A stretch of 64,000 bases of DNA. Origin: Promethearchaeota archaeon Loki_b32. GTDB taxonomy: Archaea; Asgardarchaeota; Lokiarchaeia; Sigyniarchaeales; SOKP01. This document shows, piece by piece, positions 53,877-62,924 of this stretch. Every line of letters starts with the position of its first letter. Within the stretch, counting starts at the first letter, position 1. The notes under the pieces are model-generated. The model was not told the DNA's origin. It saw only the letters and a list, made by a program, of their open reading frames with translations, and did no database searches. The position numbers and the translations under genes were made by a program. The stretch lies in contig NJBH01000003.1 of assembly GCA_005223125.1 (NCBI GenBank), positions 164,303 to 228,302 of the forward strand, read 5' to 3'.

Positions 53877-54026
53877 TTTACTAAATAATTGTTGATTATA
53901 GTGAAGGAAGATTTATTATTGGATCGATTATAATTTAATAATCTTTATAGTCTAAAATTTGATCTACAAATAATAGAATCGAAAAAAAGAATTATTAATG
54001 AAATTTATTCTTCGCCAGAAGTTGTA

Positions 54027-55649
54027 TTAGAAGTATTTCTTAATAAATCCTAAGCGAGTCATTTCTGGATTTTCACCACTTTTTAGAATATATTCTTCAT
54101 ATTTCTTATAAAGATCAACCATATCTCTATATAATTCAATATATTTCTTATTTGGTTTAACCACAATGCTTTTCTCAAAATCTATAAAGTTATTTATTAT
54201 TTCATACCAGCTCTTTATCTTATTCTCAGAATCAAAAAACGATTTAATAGCTCTAAATGCTGCACCCAATGCTGCAGTATCTGTAATTTTAAACATGCGA
54301 ACTTTTATGTTAAAAATATTTGCCAATACTTGTAAAATATCTTTGTTTGCTGAAGCTCCACCGGTAGCATAAATTTCTTTAGGTTTTTCTCCAATCCATT
54401 CTGAATGAAGCTTCATGGATAAAAATTGAGCCTCAATTATACCTCTTACATTTCCCTCTATATCATTCTCATCAAAACCAAATCGATATACACGGGGTTT
54501 TAAGACTTGTGGTACGATCTCTGGAAAAAAGTAGGGCAACATAATCTTTCCATTATTTCCCGGGGGTGATTTATTCAAAATCTCAGAAAATTGCTCCCAA
54601 TTAATATTAAATCTTTCTTTTATTCTTTCTCTCGCTAAAGAACCATTTTTATAACAAATTAAGCTCATGTAATCCCCTGTTGGTGCTACAAAAACATGCC
54701 CTTCTCCGTTAAAGTCAAGAAATAACTCTTGTAAATAGCCGAAATAAGTATCACTCGTACCTAAGCTTACTGCAACTTTCCCCCTTTCAATTAATCCTAC
54801 TCCTATGAGACTATTTGGGTTATCCCCAGACCATACTATTAGATTAGTATCTGGATTAAAACCAAATTTGTCAACAAAGAAAGGAGATAGTTTTCCAATA
54901 ATAGTGAAAGGATGGGCAAGTGAAGGTAATTTTTCTTTTAAGTTTGGTGCAGTTGCTTCTAAAGCCCGATCATCCCAGAGTTTGGTTCTTATATTCATTA
55001 AATTCATTCCAGCTCCATCTCCATGATCGATAGGTGCATTTTTTCCTAATAGTATCGAAGCCATAAAAGAGCTTACTAAATGAATAATCGAAGTATTATT
55101 ATAATCATTAATCTTCTCTTGGAAAAATTTTCTAATTTGAGGTCCAGAAAAGCGTTCAATTATGTTTGATCCTAACAATTCAATCGCAGCCTTTAATCCA
55201 CCTAAATTCTTCCGAATTTCTTCACACTGCTTAGTTGTACTCGAATCCATCCAAATTGGACTTGTTTGACGAGGAAACGTAGATTCTAATTGAGTTACAA
55301 GAGATTGTTTCAAATCTAATTCTTTAAGGGTTCTTTCAAATTTACTGTTTAAATATACTGTTCCATGTTGTTGTCCAGATCCTGAAATCGCTTTAATTTC
55401 ATTTATTGGAATGTCATCAGCATTCATTATTTCAAATAATAATTCTAAAGATTCTACCCACATTAATGGATATGAATGAATAACTTGACCATCACCTAAA
55501 ATAATTACACCATTTTGAGTCTTATAATGTGGTAAGTCTTTATCAAAACTTATACTGTGTCTATAAATTATCTTGCCTGAGTTGTAATCAGTCAATAGTG
55601 CAGTTAGGCTTTGGGTTGAGCAATCTAATCCAAGAAATAAATCCCTCAT
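54027..55649 (-). CDS. Xylulose kinase (FGGY family, XYLB/XKS1-like)
   Basis: LGLDCSTQSL, SGSGQQHG, RFSGPQIRK, GDNPNSL, SLGTSDT, YKNGSLARE. Confidence 0.88.
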   Translation of the reverse strand: MRDLFLGLDCSTQSLTALLTDYNSGKIIYRHSISFDKDLPHYKTQNGVIILGDGQVIHSYPLMWVESLELLFEIMNADDIPINEIKAISGSGQQHGTVYLNSKFERTLKELDLKQSLVTQLESTFPRQTSPIWMDSSTTKQCEEIRKNLGGLKAAIELLGSNIIERFSGPQIRKFFQEKINDYNNTSIIHLVSSFMASILLGKNAPIDHGDGAGMNLMNIRTKLWDDRALEATAPNLKEKLPSLAHPFTIIGKLSPFFVDKFGFNPDTNLIVWSGDNPNSLIGVGLIERGKVAVSLGTSDTYFGYLQELFLDFNGEGHVFVAPTGDYMSLICYKNGSLARERIKERFNINWEQFSEILNKSPPGNNGKIMLPYFFPEIVPQVLKPRVYRFGFDENDIEGNVRGIIEAQFLSMKLHSEWIGEKPKEIYATGGASANKDILQVLANIFNIKVRMFKITDTAALGAAFRAIKSFFDSENKIKSWYEIINNFIDFEKSIVVKPNKKYIELYRDMVDLYKKYEEYILKSGENPEMTRLGFIKKYF

Positions 55650-55667
55650 ACATAAATTTCCTAAAAC

Positions 55668-57164
55668 TTATTTTAATTCTACTTTTGGGAGAAACTTAGG
55701 TGGTTCACGTATTTTTGTTGCTTGTTCAAAAGCATATGCAATTTTGAGTAATTTTGGTTCCTCAAAGGCACCACTAAAAAATGATATTCCCACGGGTAGA
55801 CCATATACATAACCTGCTGGAATTGTTATATTGGGGTAGCCTGCAACTGCAGCTGCAGAAGAACTTCCAACAGTACCATGATCTCCATTGATATAATCAA
55901 TTAACCAGGCAGTTCCTCCACTTGGAGCTACAACAGCATCTAATTTATGTTCATTCAAAACTGCATCAATTCCTTCATCTCGAGCTAAACGATGACATTT
56001 TTCTAATGCTTCTTTATACTCATCACTCGTTATTGGTCCTTTTTCATTTGCCATAGTGAATAATTCTTGTCCAAAATAGGGTAAAATTTTCTCTTGATGT
56101 TCATTGTTAAAGTTGATGATATCAGCGATATTTTTTAGAGAATTTATTGGTCCATATTTAGCTATGTACTCATTCAAATCATGTTTGAAATCAAACAAAA
56201 GGACTTGAAATTCAGGATCTCCCAAATCGCTAATAGTTTTAATTTCAACAGGATCAATAATCTCTGCTCCGAGTTCTTTCATTTTTTCAACTGCACCTTC
56301 TATAATTTTATCTATAAGATCACTTTTATCAAAATAATTTCTTGCAACCCCAATTCTTGTTCCAACTAAACCTTTAGGATCTAAGAATTTCGTGTAATCT
56401 AAAGGAATATTCTTGTTATGTTTTGTAGTGCTAGAGTCATTTGGATCAATCCCTACCATCACATTTAATAATAACGCTGCATCCTGAACAGTTCTTGCCA
56501 TGGATCCTGCAGTATCCTGATTATGGGAAATTGGAATTATTCCCGTTCGACTAATTAATCCGATAGTGGGTTTAATTCCAACAATTGAATTAGTTTGAGA
56601 GGGACAGATAACTGATCCATCAGTTTCAGTTCCTATAGCTACAGTACATAAATTTGATGCTACTGCTACAGCGGAACCGGAGCTAGAGCCACATGGATTT
56701 CTATTTAATGCATAGGGGTTAAGAGTTTGTCCTCCACGACTACTCCAACCACTTGTAGAACGAGTTGATCGGAAATTTGCCCATTCACTTAAATTTGCTT
56801 TAGCGAGAATTATTGCTCCAGCATCTCGTAATTTTTTAACAATAAAGGCATCTTCTGAAGCAATATGTCCTTCAAAGGCTAAAGATCCTGCAGTAGTTTG
56901 CATTTTATCTGCGGTATTAATGTTATCTTTAATAATCACAGGAATTCCATGTAGAGGTCCACGAATTTTATTATTTTTGCGTTCTTTATCTAAATTTTCT
57001 GCAATTTTTAATGCCTCGGTATTGATTTCAATTATAGAATTTAATTTAGGACCTTGTTTATCAATTTCATGAATACGAGCCAGAAACATTTCAGTTAATT
57101 TTTTTGCAGAAAGTTCCCCATTTTCCATTAAAGCTTGAATTTCAGTAATACTATATTCCTTCAT
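55668..57164 (-). CDS. Amidase signature family enzyme
   Basis: GPLHGIPVIIKDNI, GSSSGS, GTETDGS. Confidence 0.95.
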   Translation of the reverse strand: MKEYSITEIQALMENGELSAKKLTEMFLARIHEIDKQGPKLNSIIEINTEALKIAENLDKERKNNKIRGPLHGIPVIIKDNINTADKMQTTAGSLAFEGHIASEDAFIVKKLRDAGAIILAKANLSEWANFRSTRSTSGWSSRGGQTLNPYALNRNPCGSSSGSAVAVASNLCTVAIGTETDGSVICPSQTNSIVGIKPTIGLISRTGIIPISHNQDTAGSMARTVQDAALLLNVMVGIDPNDSSTTKHNKNIPLDYTKFLDPKGLVGTRIGVARNYFDKSDLIDKIIEGAVEKMKELGAEIIDPVEIKTISDLGDPEFQVLLFDFKHDLNEYIAKYGPINSLKNIADIINFNNEHQEKILPYFGQELFTMANEKGPITSDEYKEALEKCHRLARDEGIDAVLNEHKLDAVVAPSGGTAWLIDYINGDHGTVGSSSAAAVAGYPNITIPAGYVYGLPVGISFFSGAFEEPKLLKIAYAFEQATKIREPPKFLPKVELK

Positions 57165-57272
57165 TTTTTATATACTTCTACTACAATTATTTGAATTCAA
57201 TTCTAAATAAAATTTCCAAGAACTAATTATTGTAAGTGGTGCAGATTCATGTAATTTTATTATTCATTTAGA

Positions 57273-57728
57273 CTAATAAGTTTTAAGTTTATTTCGATCA
57301 ACTACTTTAAGCTCCATAATGACATTGCCCCAACCACCACATTTCAAACCAATGTCAAAACAACTTGCTCTTTTAAAGCGCATTTCATTTGGATCCGTTC
57401 CTGCATAGATTAATTCTAATGTAGAATGAATTAATTTATCTAATACAGATAATGCATATATACACACTTTTTTTGGGCATAATTTGGTTAGTAGATTTCC
57501 AGCTCCATCAAAGTAGAGTTTGTCACCTACTTTATGTTGACTATTGCACCCGTGCGACTCAATTACTTCAATAACTATTGTTTTATTCATTAACGGCATG
57601 GATTTAGTAAGAATCTCAATATTCTTAGGATTATCAAGAAAAATTTTTAGTTCCTCATCGGAATAACCTAAACGTTCTTTGATATTATTTTTCATTTCCT
57701 TACTTAACTTCAATAAACAACACCTCAA
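57273..57728 (-). CDS. Cys-containing conserved hypothetical protein
   Basis: GCNSQHKVGD, CIYAL, CFDIGLKCGGWG. Confidence 0.7.
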   Translation of the reverse strand: MRCCLLKLSKEMKNNIKERLGYSDEELKIFLDNPKNIEILTKSMPLMNKTIVIEVIESHGCNSQHKVGDKLYFDGAGNLLTKLCPKKVCIYALSVLDKLIHSTLELIYAGTDPNEMRFKRASCFDIGLKCGGWGNVIMELKVVDRNKLKTY

Positions 57729-57748
57729 TTTTTAGTTATTTATTTTAT

Positions 57749-58411
57749 TTATTTTCTTTCAGGAATTATTACCTTTGTTGATTTTGGAGTATTTTCAATA
57801 ATATATTCTATGCTTGATTTTTCTTCTTCAATCCAATGAATTGGTATTAGAATTTTGGGTTTGATTATTTCGACAGCTTGAATTACTTCTTCAGGACTCA
57901 TCATATAAGGTTCTCTTACTGTTAGAAATGCAATATCAATATTGTTTAGAGTATTCATCTCTGGGATAACCCCTGAATCTCCCGAATGGTAAATACGAAA
58001 ACCATCAAATTCAATAACGTATCCAACCCATCCTGCGGAATCTGGATGTGCAGATGTAGAATAAGCAGGTAAAGTGTCAATTTGAACGCTATTCAATTTA
58101 ATAGTCTCACCAGATTTTACAAGATAACTATTAAAATCAAAATGATCATGCAATAAGACTTCTTCACAATCATAAGGACACATGATAATTGTTGTTGGTT
58201 TCACTAGTTTTTCGAGAGTTTTGATAGAGAAATGATCTTCGTGAGAATGACTCAATAGAATGATATCTGCCTTTTTTTTCAAATTTTCTTCCGATAAGTG
58301 AGCAGGATCAAAGTAAATAGTTTTTTGACTATTAATTCTAATACATGCACTACCATGTGGATGACTGCTTTCTAACCAGTCTATTTTTTTAATAAACTCT
58401 AATAATTCCAT
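57749..58411 (-). CDS. Metallo-beta-lactamase-fold hydrolase
   Basis: SHSHEDH, YHSGDS, IPIHW. Confidence 0.92.
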   Translation of the reverse strand: MELLEFIKKIDWLESSHPHGSACIRINSQKTIYFDPAHLSEENLKKKADIILLSHSHEDHFSIKTLEKLVKPTTIIMCPYDCEEVLLHDHFDFNSYLVKSGETIKLNSVQIDTLPAYSTSAHPDSAGWVGYVIEFDGFRIYHSGDSGVIPEMNTLNNIDIAFLTVREPYMMSPEEVIQAVEIIKPKILIPIHWIEEEKSSIEYIIENTPKSTKVIIPERK

Positions 58412-58433
58412 ATTTCAATTACTTATTGTTTTA

Positions 58434-59006
58434 TTATGATTTATTTAACTTATTGATGGCCATTTGACCTGCTTTATAAGCTTTTTCTAATATATCTTTC
58501 TTTTCACGTACTTTTCCTCGTTCTTCCAATCCCGGTGCTAATACAGTTTCAAACAATTCCATATCCAAATAATTGAAAATATCTGTAAACATACCTACAG
58601 TATGTCGTGCATAATTAGGATGACCACCTCCAAGGGGTATAACAAGAATCACTTTCATTCCTTTGAAATTTTTATGATTTGGACAGTACCATCTATCCAA
58701 AAATGCTTTAAATTGTGCTGTAGGACCCCACCAATATATGGGAGTACCAAGAACCCAGATATCACTTTGCTCCATTTTTTCCAGTAGTTCAAGCATGTCA
58801 TCATTATGTATACATTTACCGGTTTTACGGCAACTGTCACACGCTTGACAGGGATTAATATTTAAATTATTTAATATGACTTTTTTAATTAAAGCTCCAG
58901 CATTTTCTGCGCCTAATAATACTTCATCTACCAAAATCTCAGTGTTGCCACCACGACGTGGACTACCCACAATTCCTAAAACTTGACAATTGGAGTGTTT
59001 TACCAT
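58434..59006 (-). CDS. Iron-sulfur flavoprotein / flavodoxin-like
   Basis: GSPRRGGNT, CQACDSC.....C, TPIYW. Confidence 0.92.
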   Translation of the reverse strand: MVKHSNCQVLGIVGSPRRGGNTEILVDEVLLGAENAGALIKKVILNNLNINPCQACDSCRKTGKCIHNDDMLELLEKMEQSDIWVLGTPIYWWGPTAQFKAFLDRWYCPNHKNFKGMKVILVIPLGGGHPNYARHTVGMFTDIFNYLDMELFETVLAPGLEERGKVREKKDILEKAYKAGQMAINKLNKS

Positions 59007-59141
59007 ATAGATTAAAGATTTTCAATATTCGATTTGGTTATAATAAATAATTCTCTTTTATCAATTTTATTTATAAAATCATTTAGATATGAAATATTAA
59101 AAAAAGAATTTAAAATTTAAAATTTTGAAAAAATATTCAGT

Positions 59142-59564
59142 TTAATCATATCTTTTGTAAGTAAGAAGCAACCAGAAAAATCCTATAACCCCAATAATAG
59201 TAGCGATAATTATTAAATAATTGGGCCAATATGCTGCTTTAAAAGAACCTCCTACCCATGAAATCATAGTCATAATGCCCGATGCTGCCATTATACTTAA
59301 TACCACTAATCCCATTCCCAATGCATATTCCTCTTCTCTAAACAATCCAATACCCGCGATTAAACACCAGAATCCTAATAATATTGAAATGGTAGCTTGC
59401 CCCCCAAAAATTGAGAGTACTTCATCATTAATTGCCCATGGTGGTGCATAAATGTCAGCCCAAGCTAAAAATTCCATGACCGCTTTAAAGATGAAAAGAA
59501 GTCCAATAATAATCATTAAGAAGTTTAATAATTCATTTGAATCTTTTTTTTTTTTTTCGCTCAT
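59142..59564 (-). CDS. Membrane protein (4 TM)
   Basis: Hydrophobic segments. Confidence 0.7.
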   Translation of the reverse strand: MSEKKKKDSNELLNFLMIIIGLLFIFKAVMEFLAWADIYAPPWAINDEVLSIFGGQATISILLGFWCLIAGIGLFREEEYALGMGLVVLSIMAASGIMTMISWVGGSFKAAYWPNYLIIIATIIGVIGFFWLLLTYKRYD

Positions 59565-59753
59565 AATTAATTCAACTTTTCATAATTATACTATAAATTA
59601 AATGTTAAGGATGAATAGACGATGTTATTATATAAAATTAATTCAATAATTTTATGATAAACTTCTAAATATAATTCGAATGATTTTTTTAAAGATGAAC
59701 ATGAAACTCCAAGTTTTTCTGGTTAACGCCATAAGAATTAAAGATTAATCCCA

Positions 59754-60161
59754 TTATCCTTGTTTTGCTCCGCATCCATTACAATAAGTTGAGTTCTCGG
59801 GAATACCTTCACCACAGAACTTACAGAAATTTTTACTTATTAATCCTTCAGAACTTATCGGAGCAGTTTCTAGAGGACTAATTTGGGTAAAAGGTAATCT
59901 TTCAGGTAGTTTAACCATTACAACAAAATTACTACAATCTGGGCAATTTACTTTTCCTTTTTTCCCTAATTTAAAAGCTTTTGATGGTCCTAATGCCGTT
60001 ACTTGGCCCATACAAGCGCCACACCAGACTTTATTACAATTACGGCACAGAAAAAATTGATTTGTCCAATTTTCCTTCGGAAATTTTTTATCATTAGTAT
60101 ATCTTCCACAAATTACACAAAAGTTTTTAGATGGGGTCCGTTCCTTTTTACGTCTCAACAT
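59754..60161 (-). CDS. Multi-zinc-ribbon protein
   Basis: Six CxxC pairs. Confidence 0.75.
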   Translation of the reverse strand: MLRRKKERTPSKNFCVICGRYTNDKKFPKENWTNQFFLCRNCNKVWCGACMGQVTALGPSKAFKLGKKGKVNCPDCSNFVVMVKLPERLPFTQISPLETAPISSEGLISKNFCKFCGEGIPENSTYCNGCGAKQG

Positions 60162-60294
60162 TCGAGCATCATCTAGTATTATAATAAAAATTTAAGTCAT
60201 TTTTATCGTATATTTCACTGAAAATAAAATTTTACTTATTTTTAGGTAAACTCTTAATTAAATTCACTTTTAATAGTATATTAATTTTTTGTGT

Positions 60295-61104
60295 TTAAGT
60301 GAAATCTATAGACCTTGCTAAAAAATATGCGATTATAAACATAATCAAAGTGATAACTGAAAGAAACCAGAAATCGGTATACAATATATTTATAACCATT
60401 ATTCCTACTACAACTGGTATTGCTGTTAAAAGTAGAACATTTTTACGCTCGATTGGACTACGATCAGCCCATATAAGTAGAATTGTCCACCCTAACATCA
60501 AAAAAGCTCCAGTTCCTGTTTGATATTTATAAGAGATATCTGTACTTACATTTGGCTGTGAAACTGAAAATTCAAATAATATCGAAATGATCATATCAAG
60601 GAAAACCAATAGATCAAGAATTTTGTTTTCTAAATGCCCGATAACTTGCTCTACTCCACCTTGGTTTTTTATAGTAAACCCTATTGTCCGATATAGACCA
60701 ATAGCACCTAGAGCATCTAATTTATCAGCATCAGATAATATTGTTGCTTCAAGAGTTTGAGGAACTACATTATTGGAGAATGAATGTGTTCTGATGCAGT
60801 GAATTATATTATCAAAATCTTCTTGAGAAAGTTTAAAATCATTTCTACGCAAAAATTCTGCAGCAATCTCAGCAGATAATTCAGCATGGTTCTTATTATA
60901 ATCCGCTATATTCTTATACGTCCTTCCGATATCATGGAATAATGCAGCAATTTTAAGGATGAGTAGATTTGCTCCTAGTTATTTTCCTATTTGCAGACAT
61001 AAATTAAAAACACGCTCAACATGCGAAAAGCCATGAATGTCATCTTTTTCAGAGTTTTTAGATGCGTATTTTCTGACAATTATAATTATTTCTTCTTCAG
61101 ACAT
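60295..61104 (-). pseudogene. HD-domain hydrolase with in-frame TAA (60979-60981), fused to a membrane-protein fragment
   Basis: ATG at 61104; HGFSHVERV, AALFHDIGR, NHAELSA, DADKLDALGAIG all in one frame; abrupt switch to TM sequence after HLENKILD. Confidence 0.8.
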
Positions 61105-61109
61105 GAATA

Positions 61110-62108
61110 CTACCAATCATTATTTTCCCATTTTTTAAAAGAACCAAACCCATCAACATTCGAAATTACTTCTTTTGTATTCTTATTAAAAGTAATTAAG
61201 ATAAAGTACGAAGACTCATTCCGTTTAAAGGATTTGTGCTGTAAATGTTTTGAATAACTTTCAGCAAAAATTAAAAGGACATTAATTGAGTCTTCTTTTT
61301 CACGAATAAAAGGAATAATTGAACTCCATTTATGAAAGAACCTATATTCTTGGCTAATATTTTTAGCTAACTCAAAAAAGGTCATCTCTATTGAGTCATT
61401 CAAAACACTTTGATTATATAATTCCTGTTTCTTCGAGGAAAACACAAATGCTTTATTTAATTTAAACTCTATGCTATTATTTGCTGTACTCTTCTCATAT
61501 ATTAAATAGAAGAATGGAAAAAAGCCAGGAATATAATGTTGATTCTTAGGTAAGATCACTTGTATTATTATTCTTAAAAGAGCCCTTATCCCAAAATAGA
61601 ATATGTAAAAATACAGGTAAAATGAACCGAGACTCATAAATACATGATATGAAGGGTTTAAAAAAAAATATGATATTAAAACTAAAATATTAATGCCTGA
61701 AAAAGTAGCTAATAAAGGATTAACTGCTCTTTCAGCAATAAATCGAAATTCCTTTTTGGAAATTGGATAGAAAATTGGTATTCTTGAAGCAGCAAAGAAA
61801 TCCAATGAAACATGAATACTATACCCAATAAATCCTGCAAGCCAAACTTCTAGAAATAGCACATTTCTAAATATAGATATAATTAAACTAATGATTCCAG
61901 TAAAAATAAGTCCTACAATATAGGAGTGTGAACCGGCTTTATGGGAAAAAAAATACATCTTTCGTATTTTTTGGAGTGGTTCTAAGAATACATCGAAATC
62001 AGGTAAAAAGGTCATAATCCATAGAAAGATGATGGCTTCTGGGCTTAGAACAGTTAAGGTGAATAAACCAGCTAATACCCCCATAAACATATGTGTGAAA
62101 ATATCCAT
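61110..62108 (-). CDS. Membrane-bound metal-dependent hydrolase (YdjM-like)
   Basis: MDIFTH, LPDFD, H..SHS, HVSLD. Confidence 0.85.
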   Translation of the reverse strand: MDIFTHMFMGVLAGLFTLTVLSPEAIIFLWIMTFLPDFDVFLEPLQKIRKMYFFSHKAGSHSYIVGLIFTGIISLIISIFRNVLFLEVWLAGFIGYSIHVSLDFFAASRIPIFYPISKKEFRFIAERAVNPLLATFSGINILVLISYFFLNPSYHVFMSLGSFYLYFYIFYFGIRALLRIIIQVILPKNQHYIPGFFPFFYLIYEKSTANNSIEFKLNKAFVFSSKKQELYNQSVLNDSIEMTFFELAKNISQEYRFFHKWSSIIPFIREKEDSINVLLIFAESYSKHLQHKSFKRNESSYFILITFNKNTKEVISNVDGFGSFKKWENNDW

Positions 62109-62163
62109 ATCTAGTTTAAAAATAAGACAGTTTATTTATACAATTCGATTAAAATTTATTTTT

Positions 62164-62180
62164 ATAGGAAGCAATCCTAT
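62164..62180 (-). terminator. Short hairpin directly after the SECIS (copy A)
   Basis: ATAGGA-N5-TCCTAT; also present in copy B at ~62863-62879. Confidence 0.4.
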
Positions 62181-62222
62181 TGTCAACCTTCCACTAGTGT
62201 TTTTTGAAAGGTTTCATTCAAT
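62179..62222 (-). promoter_or_regulatory. Candidate eukaryote-like SECIS element (copy A)
   Basis: AUUG-AAU-GA-AACCUUUCA-AAAAACACUAG-UGGAAGGUU-GA-CAAU: K-turn core, 9-bp stem, A-rich loop, 3 nt after the stop codon. Confidence 0.85.
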
Positions 62223-62225
62223 TTA

Positions 62226-62711
62226 TTAATTAGTTCTTTTGGTTTTAAAATAATGGGCAAAAATTTCATTTTCTTTTCCGTATTTTTCTCTTATAAAATT
62301 TTTAAATTTCCCAATATCTAAACGATTTCTCACTTTTTCTCATCAACATCCAGAATCTGGTTGTAAATCTATTACACTATTAGGATATAATATAAAATTT
62401 ATATCATCTCGAAGTGGCATAAATTTTCTTAAATTACCATCTTCGTCAGCACCATAAGGCATTATTCCAACATCATCATAAATTATATTATGTTTTGGAT
62501 CCCAAAATAATTGTAAATAATTATAAATATAACCTTCAAATATTGGAAATATCGATTCACGTGGATTCTCAAATATATATTTATCTACAATTGCTAAGGC
62601 TTCAATAAAAGTAGCATCATCTTTTACTTGAACAGTATATTCTTTCCCTTTTTGTAGACCCATCGACGGTATACTAATTTTAAATGTAATTTTCTTAATT
62701 TTAATAATCAC
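62226..62711 (-). CDS. Candidate selenoprotein A: beta-grasp/ubiquitin-like domain-SGC-U-U-37 aa tail (161 aa)
   Basis: TGA at 62343-45 and 62340-42; frame stays open and conserved to TAA at 62226; SECIS follows. Confidence 0.8.
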
Positions 62712-62748
62712 CCCATTATGGTTAATACAACTATTAAAATCTAAATAA

Positions 62749-62811
62749 ATCTTTTTCAGAGTTTTCTAATGCGTATTTTCTGACATTTAGAAAAATTTCT
62801 TTTTCTATCAT
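62749..62811 (-). pseudogene. 21-codon remnant of the HD hydrolase N-terminus
   Basis: MIEKEIFLNVRKYALENSEKD vs MSEEEIIIIVRKYASKNSEKD at 61104. Confidence 0.8.
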
Positions 62812-62877
62812 AAGTTTGTACCAATTTTTAAATCCCATTTCTTAAAAGAATATATATAATATATAGGAAGCTTTCCT

Positions 62878-62921
62878 ATTGTCAGCTTTTCACTAGCGTT
62901 TTTTGAAAGGCTTCATTCAAT
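62878..62921 (-). promoter_or_regulatory. Candidate eukaryote-like SECIS element (copy B)
   Basis: AUUG-AAU-GA-AGCCUUUCA-AAAAACGCUAG-UGAAAAGCU-GA-CAAU; has G-C where copy A has A-U. Confidence 0.85.
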
Positions 62922-62924
62922 TTA

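Noticed and set aside
60960-61000. Possible intron around the HD-gene TAA
   Set aside because: HD motif spacing is normal with no insertion, so this is a point change.
1868-62229. Many short ORFs antisense to or overlapping long genes (e.g. 1868-2167, 5583-5771, 8679-9071, 20259-20594, 30012-30317, 40942-41319, 61021-61257, 62029-62229)
   Set aside because: They are shadow frames of well-supported genes and have no recognisable motifs.
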